A stretch of DNA of 39,243 nucleotides from Chrysochromulina tobinii (taxonomy: Eukaryota): assembly GCA_001275005.1 (NCBI GenBank), contig JWZX01003383.1:1-39243 (forward strand), written 5' to 3'. Both the position numbers and the translations under genes were made by a program. Position 1 is the stretch's first letter. Each line of letters starts with the position of its first letter. Positions 1 through 9,598 of the stretch are shown here, piece by piece. The notes under the pieces are model-generated. The model made no database searches and was not told the DNA's origin. It saw only the letters and a list, made by a program, of their open reading frames with translations.

Positions 1-1214
1 CTGAGCGCCTTGGAGCACAAGCTGCGGCTGGCGCACGAGAAGAGCGACAAGCTCAAAGAGGTGCGTGCCGCCGAGTGCCGCGGAGTGCAACTGAGTGCCA
101 CCGAGTGCCATGCCATTAATGACTCTCACCGTCCTCCTGTTCTCGTCTGACCACGTCTGAACAGGACGCGGCGAAGGCGGAGGAGGAGGCGAAGAAGGCA
201 AGGGAAGCGCGCGCCGCCGCCGAGGCTGCCCTCAAGAACGCAAAGCGGGACCTCAAGGCGGTGGCCGACCAGACGGCCGCGGCGCGCGCCAAGGAGGCCG
301 CAGCGAGGGAATCTCTCGAAGAGCGACGTGGGCAGCGGCAGCGCGCCTTTGCATGTGCGCAGCTCGCGGAGCTCGATCTGCCTCTCCTCCCCGCCGACGA
401 GGACGTGGACATGGGCGATGGCACCGCAACCACGGCCACTGCAGGCGGTAGGAGCGGCGGCAAGCACGGCAGTGCGGGCAAGCGCAAGCGTTCCGGCAGT
501 GCGGGCGCCGTCGCGGTCACCGGCGCGAGCCTCCTCGCGTCCGAACTGATGGCGAGTGAGCCGTTTGAAGCGAGCGCTCTCGTGGGCACTGGGACGCTCA
601 ACGGCGAGCCTGAGGTGGCGGATGAGGGCGCCCAGGGCAGCGCGAGCGCCGGAGCGGGCGGCGCGAGCGGCGGCGCGGCGGCGGGTTCGGAAAGGGTTCG
701 AGTCGACTTTTCGTCCCTCGACGCGCTCGAGCGTACCAGCAAGCCTGCGGACTTTGAGAAGCATCTTGGCGCCGAGATTTCGGAGGCGAGCCGCGCGATC
801 GACGCGATGACGCCGAACATGAAGGCGATCGAGCAGTATGAGGAGGTGCAGCAGCGGCTGCTCGAGGTGGAGACCGAGTACATGTACGACGCTGTCAAGG
901 CGAGCCAAAAGGAGGCCAACTCGAGCTTCCAGAACGCGCGCAATCAACGGTACTCCAAGTTCATGAGCTGCTTCAAGGTGATCTCCGAGTCCATCGACGA
1001 CAAGTACAAGGACCTGACGCAGACCAAAGGCGTCCTCGTGGGCGGCACGGCCTACCTGTCGATAGAGGACACGACCGAACCCTACCTGCACGGGATCAAG
1101 CACACGGCCATGCCGCCCGCGAAGCGCTTCCGCCCGATGATGGAGCTCAGTGGTGGCGAACGTACCGTCGCGGCGCTCCTCAAGTACGCCGCGATGCTGC
1201 TAAGCACGACGCCG
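1..1214 (+). CDS. SMC1: SMC1 (cohesin) C-terminal coiled coil plus partial head; 5'-partial at the window edge; SMC similarity stops after the ABC signature (no Walker B/D-loop)
   Basis: Exon 1-60, GT-AG intron 61-164, exon from 165. Translation contains PNMKAIEQY, GGTAYLSIEDTTEPYLHGIKHTAMPPAKRFRPMMELSGGERTVAAL, typical of SMC1. Similarity ends near 1178. Confidence 0.85.
61..164 (+). other. Spliceosomal intron with ~10-nt GAGTGC-core repeats
   Basis: GTGCGT...AACAG ends; removal joins two coiled-coil-like exons in frame. Confidence 0.8.
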
Positions 1215-1346
1215 GTGCACCTGATGACCACGGGATGACCACCTGATGACCACCCGATGACCGCCTGATGACTACCCGATGACCACCTGATGACGACTTG
1301 TGACGTCTGATGACGTTTGATGACGGCTGCCGCCTGTTGACCCCAG
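1215..1346 (+). other. Probable 132-nt intron filled with (C)TGATGAC micro-repeats
   Basis: CCG|GTGCAC...CCCCAG|ATG. Phase 0, contains in-frame stops, and has repeated TGATGAC units at 1221-1325. Confidence 0.7.
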
Positions 1347-2246
1347 ATGTTCTCGTTTGTCAGGCACACGGACCGGGCGACGCTCGAGGCTTGCGGCGAA
1401 GCACGGTCTGTGCTCCTGGCCCAGCCCAGGGCGCCCGCTCTGCAAGAGAAGGCGCAACATCGAAACGACAAGCTCGTCGCAAGCGTCCTTCTCCAGCCCA
1501 AGCCGCTCAAGACGGCGCTCACGATGGAGCTGCACCTTCGTGGCGGCGGCGTCGGCGTCGGCAGCGGCAGCGGCAGCGGAAGCGGAAGCGGAAGCGGAAG
1601 CGGAAGTGGCAGCGGCCCCAAGCGCCTCAGAACGGACGACTTTGTGGCGAACGTCCAAGGTTCCATGCCATCGACTCATGCCCTGGACCCGCTTCAGATG
1701 CCACTCGTGCCAACGTCAGCCTCGCGGTTTGATCATGCGGCGTGTTGCGGCGGCTCCAGCGTCGTCAGCATGCGGGAGGTTATCGCCGAGGGGACCTGCA
1801 TCCCACACTTCAGGAGCAGCGTCAGCGCGCTCGTGAGGCTGAATCGCGCAGAGGGTAGCGGCCACCCTCGTATTGATGGCAGCGGAGTTGCTCCAGAGCA
1901 CAGCGACGCCGATCTCCTCGCCCTCGCAGCATTCTCCTCGTCATCTGAGCTGTCAGATGGAGAGGAGGAGGATAGCAGAGACCCCGCAGATGCAGCCATC
2001 CGTGACGAGATTGCGCAAAGGGCAAGTGCCCCTTGTGGGCACACACCGTGCCGGTTCGACGGCGCATGCTTTTCGCGCGATGCGGCCCACTGGCTGCGTT
2101 ATGCTCACCCGCGCGAGACCGTCAAGGAATATTGCCCAAACCTGGCCGCTGGCCGCCGCTGCTTCAACAAAGGCAGCGTGTGGGATGATCACAACAAGCT
2201 CTTCTCGCACGGGCCGCTGCCCAAGCGCCATCCAGGCTTTCCTTAA
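1347..2246 (+). CDS. Exon/ORF with LHLRGGG motif, (GS)n linker and two PBZ-like (poly-ADP-ribose-binding) zinc fingers
   Basis: CRFDGACFSRDAAHWLRYAHP fits PBZ spacing C-x5-C-x6-H-x5-H (about 2049-2112). A second, degenerate finger CPNLAAGRRCFNKGSVWDDHNKLFSH lies at about 2133-2210. Confidence 0.65.
   Translation: MFSFVRHTDRATLEACGEARSVLLAQPRAPALQEKAQHRNDKLVASVLLQPKPLKTALTMELHLRGGGVGVGSGSGSGSGSGSGSGSGSGPKRLRTDDFVANVQGSMPSTHALDPLQMPLVPTSASRFDHAACCGGSSVVSMREVIAEGTCIPHFRSSVSALVRLNRAEGSGHPRIDGSGVAPEHSDADLLALAAFSSSSELSDGEEEDSRDPADAAIRDEIAQRASAPCGHTPCRFDGACFSRDAAHWLRYAHPRETVKEYCPNLAAGRRCFNKGSVWDDHNKLFSHGPLPKRHPGFP
1560..1617 (+). repeat. Hexamer microsatellite (GGCAGC/GGAAGC)n encoding a GS linker
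   Basis: Directly visible tandem repeat. Confidence 0.9.
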
Positions 2247-2281
2247 GGCTGCCCAGCCCCACGCAGCCACATCTGCACAAG

Positions 2282-3573
2282 ATGATGCGCCGTCGGCCGG
2301 CAACGACACTTACCTTGTGCAGCTGCAGGCGATGACCGTACGCGAGCTCAAGGCGGAGGGTGCACGTCTGGGCGTCGACCTGAGTGGCTGCCTCGAGAAG
2401 GCCGAGCTCGTCGGGGCCCTTGCCGTGTCCCCACATGCGGCCCAGCAACACCGCCAGCAAGGCCACTCAGCAGCACCGTCGCCATCGCAGTCAGCGTTGA
2501 GGCCGGGCATACATCAACCCGCCTCGCAGCCTGCCGCACGACCGCCCGCTCGACCGCCAGCTCCGCAGACATGGGCCGGGCGGCCGATGCCATCCCTTCC
2601 GGACCGCGCGCTGGCCTCCACTAAGCTCGGCCAGCGCTTCGGTGCCAACCCGTTCTCGACGCTCGACGCCAAGCAGGGAGTGTGGCAGCAGCGCAAGAAG
2701 GAGTGGCATGCACTCTTCGACTCGAGCCTCGGACGCGACGATGACCTCCTGGGCCCCGGGCTGCGCAAGATGCTGCCGGAGTCTTCGAAGCTCAACGGCA
2801 CGAGCGTGTTCGATCCGGTGCTCATGGAGCAGCTGCTGGACTGGTACGTGCCCCGGCCGCTCCACCTCAGCGTGCGGCACCGTCCCGTTGTCGTCATCGA
2901 CCCGTTCGCTGGCGGCGTTGTACGCGGCTTCGTGGCAGCCGCCAAAGGCCTGCTGTACATCGGCATCGACGTCTCAACGGACCAGGTGGAGGCTAACCGC
3001 AAGCAGGTGGGCCCAGAGGGCAAGTGGGACTTTGCCTATCCGCCGTGCTGGATCTTGGGCGATGGCGAGGACATCGAGGCTCTCGTGACGACCGAGCTGC
3101 GGCGGCGGGGGCTCGAGCCTTGTGCAGACGCACTCATCTCCTGCCCGCCATACTACAACCTCGAGGAGTACAAGGGCGGGCGCAACGACCTGAGTGGTTT
3201 CCCATCGTACGGCGCGTTCCTCGCAAAGTACCAGCGCATCGTCACCAATGCGGTGAAGCTCCTACGGCCCAAGGCACTCAGCATCTTCGTTGTCGGCAAC
3301 GTGCGCGACAGCCGGACGCACGCCATGTACATGCTGCACACGGACACGGTGGCCGCCTTTAAGCAGGCGGGCTGCAGCGTGCACCAGGATGCTGTCCTCA
3401 TCACCGCCATCGGCACCGGCGCGATGCGAGCGACGCGAACCATGTCCGCTGGCGCGAAGCTGATCCCCACGCACCAGAACGTCGTTGTGACTGTCAAGGG
3501 CTCTGGCTTCACGCCCGCCGACGCACGTGCGCGAGGCGTGCGCCCCAATGCGGAGGGCTCGCAATCACAGTGA
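2282..3573 (+). CDS. SAP/LEM-like helical module plus phage/bacterial-type amino (N4-cytosine/N6-adenine) DNA methyltransferase; 5' boundary uncertain
   Basis: Within ORF 1873-3573: MTVRELK...GCLEKAELV (SAP-like), PFSTLDAKQGVWQQRKKEW, GTSVFDPVL, motif I VIDPFAGG (DPFAGG at 2899-2916), YIGID, motif IV SCPPY (CPPY at 3142-3153), VVGNVRD, THQNVVVTVKG. Confidence 0.85.
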
Positions 3574-4756
3574 GGCTGCAGGGATGAGCGTTGTTCTTCA
3601 GTACTCGATCACAGATGTAGAAGCTAGTACGCGACGTTCATTTCCCGCCTGTCGCTACGCTAGGTACATCGCTTGAGCTGTGATACTCTGATAACCGTGC
3701 CCCCGATTACCTCTCGTGATGCTGCGTGCATCACTCCGTGGTTACCAGGTTAGCGAGGAAGTTGACACGCACACGAATACTAACCTTTTGGAACCCCACC
3801 CACACCTTTAAACTTCTTACCCTAAAGGCGCCGAATGCACGCCTGTCGCGGTTTTGATGGAGTCATTTCTTTCCAAACACCGAGAAGTTCTCGTCCGAGA
3901 AGCTCGTTTCCGCGCTGGTTCCGGCGACGCAGGCAAGCACGCCGGATCTTCAGCACGACGTAATGAAAAGTGTCGATGCCAACACCAGCTCGCCCAGAGC
4001 CGCGTTGAGTACCGGGTCAATCGAGAAGCTGCTGGCGGCTCTTAGGGGAGCATGGGGGCGCCAGTAGCTGCTCGTTCCGCGTCGCGCAAAACCGCCATTG
4101 CCTTGGCATCGACCCGCTGCTCTGAGAGCGTGCGCGCGCGAGGCTGACGGGCGTGGCAGCTGCCGCCTCGAGCTCATCGGGCACGGATGAAGGCGCTCTC
4201 GCCATGCTGCTCGTGCCGCGAGCCTCAGATTTTGAGCGAGTCGCCGGCACTGACCCCTCGCTGCCACGGCTGCAACGGGTGGAGGGAGACCATGAGACCA
4301 AACCCTTCCGAGCTCATCCTGTGCACCAAGGCCGCCTTCGATGAGTGCCGCCAGCTCCGAAAACCCTCCCTCTCCCAGCTGTGCTGATGTCTTCCCCTGA
4401 GCATTGATGGGTGGTGTTCTCAGCGCCCTCGGACAGGAGCATCTGGACGCATGGGGTTTGACACATGAACGCAGCAGCGATTAGTAGCGACCAGGTAAAA
4501 TTCCATGCAAGATGGGCGAGATGCAAAGAAGCCTCGAAGAGTTCAAGCTGAACGCGAAAGCGTGAATGGAGTTCGTGAAAAGCTGAAAACCCCGGGGAAA
4601 CCTCTAGTGGGTGATTGCACTAGTGGGAAACCATGTATGGTGCAAATGTTTGTCGTTTCGTCCGTCACCTTCCTTGCGTCGATCCGATCCTTTTTTCTCA
4701 CAACGAATCTGGAACAACTGTTTCGTCACGAACAGATCGAGCCGCGATTCACACGA

Positions 4757-5398
4757 ATGGGACTCCTCTCATTTGTGCCAACGAGTTTGAGGCCGGTGGT
4801 GGTTGCGCTACTCGCCATCGTGGTGGTCATTTTGCTCCTCCGGCCGCGCAACAAGCCGGGCGAGGGCGGCGTTCACAACTCTCCAGGCCAGCAAGGAACC
4901 TCGTCCTCGTCCTCCGTCAGGTTGACCACGCGCGGCCCTGCCTTCAGCCTATCGACTGTGGGCACACTCCTCGAGTTTCGCGAAGGGCGCGTGCAGCTGA
5001 TTCCGGGCGCGGTCGATGCCCTGCGCCGAATCAGTGCTGTCGCGGATGTCTTCCTGGTCACGCAGCTGCCCAAAGACACAGATGAGCTCGAGACCGCCTC
5101 GCTCGAGACAATGGCACGCGCTGGCCTCTTCGATGCAGGTGCATGCGAACGGCACAAGACCATGTTCTGCAGCACCGAGGACGGGCGCCGCGCCATGGTC
5201 CGACAGCTTGCGCCCGCGATACATTTGGACACGAGCCCCAAGGTTCTCCGTTACCTCGCGCCGCACCTTGCGCGTGTCGTGTACGTGGACCCAACACGCA
5301 GTAAGATCGACGCCGATGACCCCATCAAGGGATCCAGTATCGACTCCGCGAGCAGCCTTGCCGAGTACGCGTCTATTTTCGCCCCGACCGCAGCGTGA
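4757..5398 (+). CDS. PEX22: Peroxisome biogenesis protein 22 (plant-type PEX22)
   Basis: N-terminal TM helix followed by basic residues. C-terminal HKTMFCSTEDGRRAMVRQLAPAIHLDT resembles plant PEX22 KVLFCSTExGRxSFVRQLEPDWHIDT. Confidence 0.8.
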   Translation: MGLLSFVPTSLRPVVVALLAIVVVILLLRPRNKPGEGGVHNSPGQQGTSSSSSVRLTTRGPAFSLSTVGTLLEFREGRVQLIPGAVDALRRISAVADVFLVTQLPKDTDELETASLETMARAGLFDAGACERHKTMFCSTEDGRRAMVRQLAPAIHLDTSPKVLRYLAPHLARVVYVDPTRSKIDADDPIKGSSIDSASSLAEYASIFAPTAA

Positions 5399-6048
5399 AC
5401 CTGCCCGCGTCACCCGCCTCTCTCAAGAGAGGTGTTATTTCCTCCGAGATCTAGGAGGTGGACGGGAATAGCCGAGCGAAGCGCACTCGAATCCGACCGG
5501 GCGCGGATTGGTGGATAGGGAAAGCCCTCTTACCCGCGTACCGGATACGCGCCCGTTCTTGCCGCGGTTTCTGGAAATTACGCCGCCGATCCGGCGCGAT
5601 AGAGGCGATAGCGCCGCGATAGCCCGCCACGATGCATATGGGCCGGATAAAATCGGTAAATCGCGTCATGGGTTTTACCGGCCGTAAAATTCCGTAGCCT
5701 TCTCGGCGTAATCTCGGGCCTGGAATCCAATCGTCTCCCCCAATAACTGTTTATATCCAAATTCCAATACCCGATTAATCGCCGCCGCGTCCGCCGAGCG
5801 CGCGTCCGGGCTCTGCCCGTGATAACGGTCGCTAGAACAGTGCTAGTTATCTGGTATGCCTAGTCTCACACTTGCGACGACTTCAAAGGACTTGTTCGGC
5901 GTCGCCCGTCGGCGCGTGGTCACGTCACTATTCGTGACCAAGTAGGTGCGATTAGCCGCGGAGCCGTAACGTCCGCGTGACGCAATGCAAACGTGTGAGC
6001 GTAGCCCCACCGGTCACGCCCGCGGCCTGGAGCTCTAGCACCATCTAC

Positions 6049-9000
6049 TCACATGAATTTTGTGGACTTGAGCATCTGAGCTGGAGATACGAAGCCAGAG
6101 GCCGAGCGGTCGGCGGCGGTGTAGGCTGCCTGGCTACGGCTGGCGGCAGTTGTGCGCTCGATGACGGAGACGGTGGAGGCCGAGCGGCTAGCAGCTGTTG
6201 AACGGTCGGCGACGGAGACGTGTTGGGAGTAGTTGCTACTGCTGCCTGCACGCCGCCGCTGCAGGAGTTCCTGCTGCTGCTGCTTCTGCCGGTTGGCAGC
6301 AGCAATCGCCAACTGCAGATCGCTCAGCATGGTCTCCTGCCCATTCGTCGCAGCTTTGTACATCTGGGGGACATCTGGCTCTGGCTTGGGAGGCAGGTGG
6401 GGGTGCAAGTGCGCCTGGTGCTCTCGTGCCGCCTCCTGTCGCGTCAGGAGCACCGCCCGCGCGAGGTGCTGCCGCCACTTGTCCTCGGTGGCCACACGTG
6501 CTGCCTCTGCTGCCTTGATGACCGATGCTTGGGCTTCCGCCTCGACCTTGGCGAGGGCGTTGGCAACCTCTTTCTCAATGCGCCCACGCCACTCCGCGTC
6601 GAGCTCGGATCGCAGCTTCAGCAGAGCCGCTGGCATCGTATCGGGAGGGGTAGTTGCATGGTGCGTTGCCTCGAGCTCGCCACGTGACGGCTCGAGCTCG
6701 CCGGAGCTGAGCTCTGAGCTCAGGATCGAGATCTCGGCGTTGTGCCGCGCGCGTAGCTGCTCGTGCTCGCGCTCGTGCTCGCCGATCAGCGCCGCCTCGA
6801 CCTCGCGCCGGAGGCGGAGCGTGGCCAGCTCGGCGTCGAGGGCCTCCACCATCGTCGAATCTCCTGGCGCCTCCCCCGTCAGCCTCTCCTGGAGCAAGTT
6901 GCAGTCTTCCTGCAGCGCCGCGAAGGCATGCTGGAGCCGCTGCACTTCCGCCTCGGCCCGTTGAAGCGACACCTCGAGGGCACTGCATCGGAGGCTCCCC
7001 TGCTGCCACTTGGCACGTAGCTCGCTTGCTTCCGCCTCGAGCACCTCAGTGCTCTGCTTGAGCTCTTCGGAGGTGCGCTCCGAGGCCGCAATCCGTTGCC
7101 GTTTCGTCTGGAGCTCGAGTCGGAGCTGCGCCTCGACGTGTTCAAGCTCGGCGATACGCTCGTCGCGGGAGGCGATCTCATGCAGCATCGGCGCCATCAG
7201 CTCGTCCACTTCACCCTGCTCGAGGCTCAGCTCGAGCCGCTCGCGCATCGGCGGGATCGCGTCATCATCGCTGGTCATCTCGGCGACAAGCCATGCCAAG
7301 CACGCTCGCTGAATCGCCGCTACGTCGACTGCGGCGGATGCAGTGAGTGCTCCTGCTGAGCTACCGGTACCTGCCGAGCTCGCCCGCTGGAGTGCAGCAC
7401 CCATACTGGTAGCAGCACCCGTGCCCCTCGCCTGCTCGAGCGTCGCATCTGTGTCACTCCAGACAGCGTCAAGCACGGCGCGGGTCACAAGGTGAGCTGC
7501 AATCTCCTCATCCAACCGCACATGCAGCTGAGCGACGTCCGCAGCGGCCAAGCCTGCCGCGGCCGCCTGCGCCTCTGTTGCCTGCTGCTGCGCCTGGGAC
7601 GTCTGCTGCTGCGCCTCAGCCAGAGCCTGCTGAGCACGGGCCAGCTCACGCATCGCCTCTGCACCGCGCTCGGAAGCGGCGGTCTCGGCTGCCCGGCTCT
7701 TGCGTAGTCGCTCGCGCATCGACTCGAGCTCGTCGGCTGCGGCGGCGAGCAGCACGCTCGCCGCGGCATGGCCCGGCGACTCTGTACCGGCACCGGCCCT
7801 CTTTGCTATGGGGCTGACAGGGTGCGAAGGCTCCGCGACAGCCGGCGGCGGCGGCAGGACGATCGCCCGAGAGCGGGGGGCAGAGCCGCCAGCAGCAGCT
7901 GCCAGCGGTGGGGGCGTCGAGAGCGAATCTTCGAGCCAACGGTCTTCGAGGATCTGCTTCGCCGTCAGGCGCATCGCTGGCGTCCGGTGGAGCAAAGCCA
8001 TAGTGAGCGTCCTCGCGCTGGCCGACACGGCAGTCCATGCGGTCGAGAGGAAGGGCACCTCACTCTCCACAGTGCGGATGGATGCAATGAGCTCAGGCAG
8101 CCCAACATCCTGCGACAGGGGAGTGCACGAATGAGCTCAGACATGGGAGCTCGGGCAGATCCTCAGGCCGATCCTGCTACGGGAGGGTGGAGGCATGCCG
8201 AGGCATGCCGACGCGTGGGAGGTGATGGGATGAGGGACAGCCCCCCCGCGCACTGTCCAAGGTGGAGTGGCCAAGATGGAGCGCGGGCGCACCTGATTCC
8301 AGGGCGACTCCCCACTAAGCATCACGTACAGCGTCACGCCCAAGCTCCAGCAGTCGCATTCGACGCCGTACGAGGGTGGCGCCGCAACGCCAAATGAGGT
8401 CTGGCCGCGGTACCAGGCCGCGACCTCAGGCGCCATGTAGAGCGGCGTGCCTCTGAAGCCGCTCAAGGAAGCTTCGCCTATCACGCAGCGCGCAGCTTCG
8501 CCAAAATCGACGAGGCGGCAACACCAGCTGCTGGACGGCCCGCTGCCGGTGCGCGCGAGTCCGACGTGCTCCGGCTTCAGGTCGCGGTGCGCCCAGCCGA
8601 GGCCGTGCAGATGGGCGACGGCCGTGGCCACCTGCCGGAAGAGCAACCGCCCGTCCTTTTCTTGTAAGCGCCCGCCACGCTCCTCGATGAGGGAGAGCAA
8701 GTCCGTGTCGATCGCGTCGAAGGTCAAGGCGATCTGCGATGGCGTGCACAGGATGCCATGCAGCTGGGAGATGTGCATGTGTGGCGCAATGGTGCGCAGT
8801 GCTCCGACCTCGGCGCAGGCTTTGAGGAGGGCGCGCTCCGACTCTCTGATCATCTCGAGATTGAGCACCTTGAGCACCACGTTAGCATCGTCCGAATGAC
8901 GCCGTGCTTGGTACACGGTGGACATCTGGCCCTCTTGACCGAGTTGCCGATGGATGACAACGGCCTCGGAAAGATGGCCGCAGCCTGTCGGGACTCCATC

Positions 9001-9240
9001 TGGCACATCGAGCAGACGCGCCACGAAGTCGGGCGCCAACTTCATCGATGCACGCAGCGCTGCCAGACGAGCCTGTGGCGTGCTTGGCTGCGCCGGTGAG
9101 GACTCTGCTGGTCGGCTCTCACTGCTTCCTGGCAGCCTCGGTCCAGGCGATGCAGGCACAGACGCCGCTGCTCTTCTTAGCGAGTGATCGCTCGGCGACG
9201 CTACGCTCGATGCTTTGCGCCGTCGAAAGAACGATGACAT
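6049..9240 (-). CDS. CAMK-like Ser/Thr protein kinase (atypical catalytic loop) with long C-terminal coiled coil; exons 9240-8293 and 8109-6049
   Basis: VVLK, HRDLKPEH, DFG, GTPLYMAPE and DCWSLGV motifs. GT-AG intron 8110-8292 joins the two ORFs in frame and completes the kinase C-lobe (RLTAKQILEDRWL). Confidence 0.85.
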
Positions 9241-9598
9241 GGCGCTCCGGCTCGCCGCGAGCAGGGAGAGCCGAGGCTCCCATCGCGTGTGTGCAACTTG
9301 AAGACTGCAATGAATATTCTCGAATCTCGACTGCGCTGTGAAAGAAACCCCGCTTGCCATGGCTTGCCCGCTGTGTAGTGTGCGCCAGGTGTGCGCGCAC
9401 CACATTTAGCGGTCAGTGCCAATCAAAATCGTGATGAATCTAGATGAATCCTCCATGTGTTCATGTGGTAACCGTAACTACCGCCCGCCTGCCTTTGCAG
9501 TGGGTGACTGGGACCATGAACCATTGAACCACGAGGTGCTCTCACCGACTCTCGCTCTCGCTCTCTCGACCTTTACTCGACCTTCATTCGACCTTCAC

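Noticed and set aside
116..1103. Long antisense ORFs opposite SMC1, and similar ones opposite the coiled-coil gene and NMD3
   Set aside because: Shadow ORFs expected from high-GC codon bias; no recognisable motifs.
1221..1325. TGATGAC repeat array as a CRISPR-like array
   Set aside because: Units are only about 10-12 nt with no unique spacers and no cas genes; the array lies inside a probable intron.
1873..2281. N-terminal part of the 566-aa ORF
   Set aside because: It overlaps the PBZ-coding frame, which is the more plausible coding frame here.
1..3573. SMC plus MTase as a prokaryotic Wadjet or restriction-modification defence operon
   Set aside because: The SMC is eukaryotic SMC1 with spliceosomal introns; no nuclease or kleisin partner is present.
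3817..4526. Short ORFs, including minus-strand 4526-4017 interrupted by one TGA (selenoprotein or readthrough idea)
   Set aside because: No recognisable domain, redox motif or SECIS evidence.
4505..4756. Upstream extension of the PEX22 ORF, or a possible transposon end (CTAGTGGG repeats)
   Set aside because: AT-richer promoter-like DNA; no matching second terminus or target-site duplication was found.
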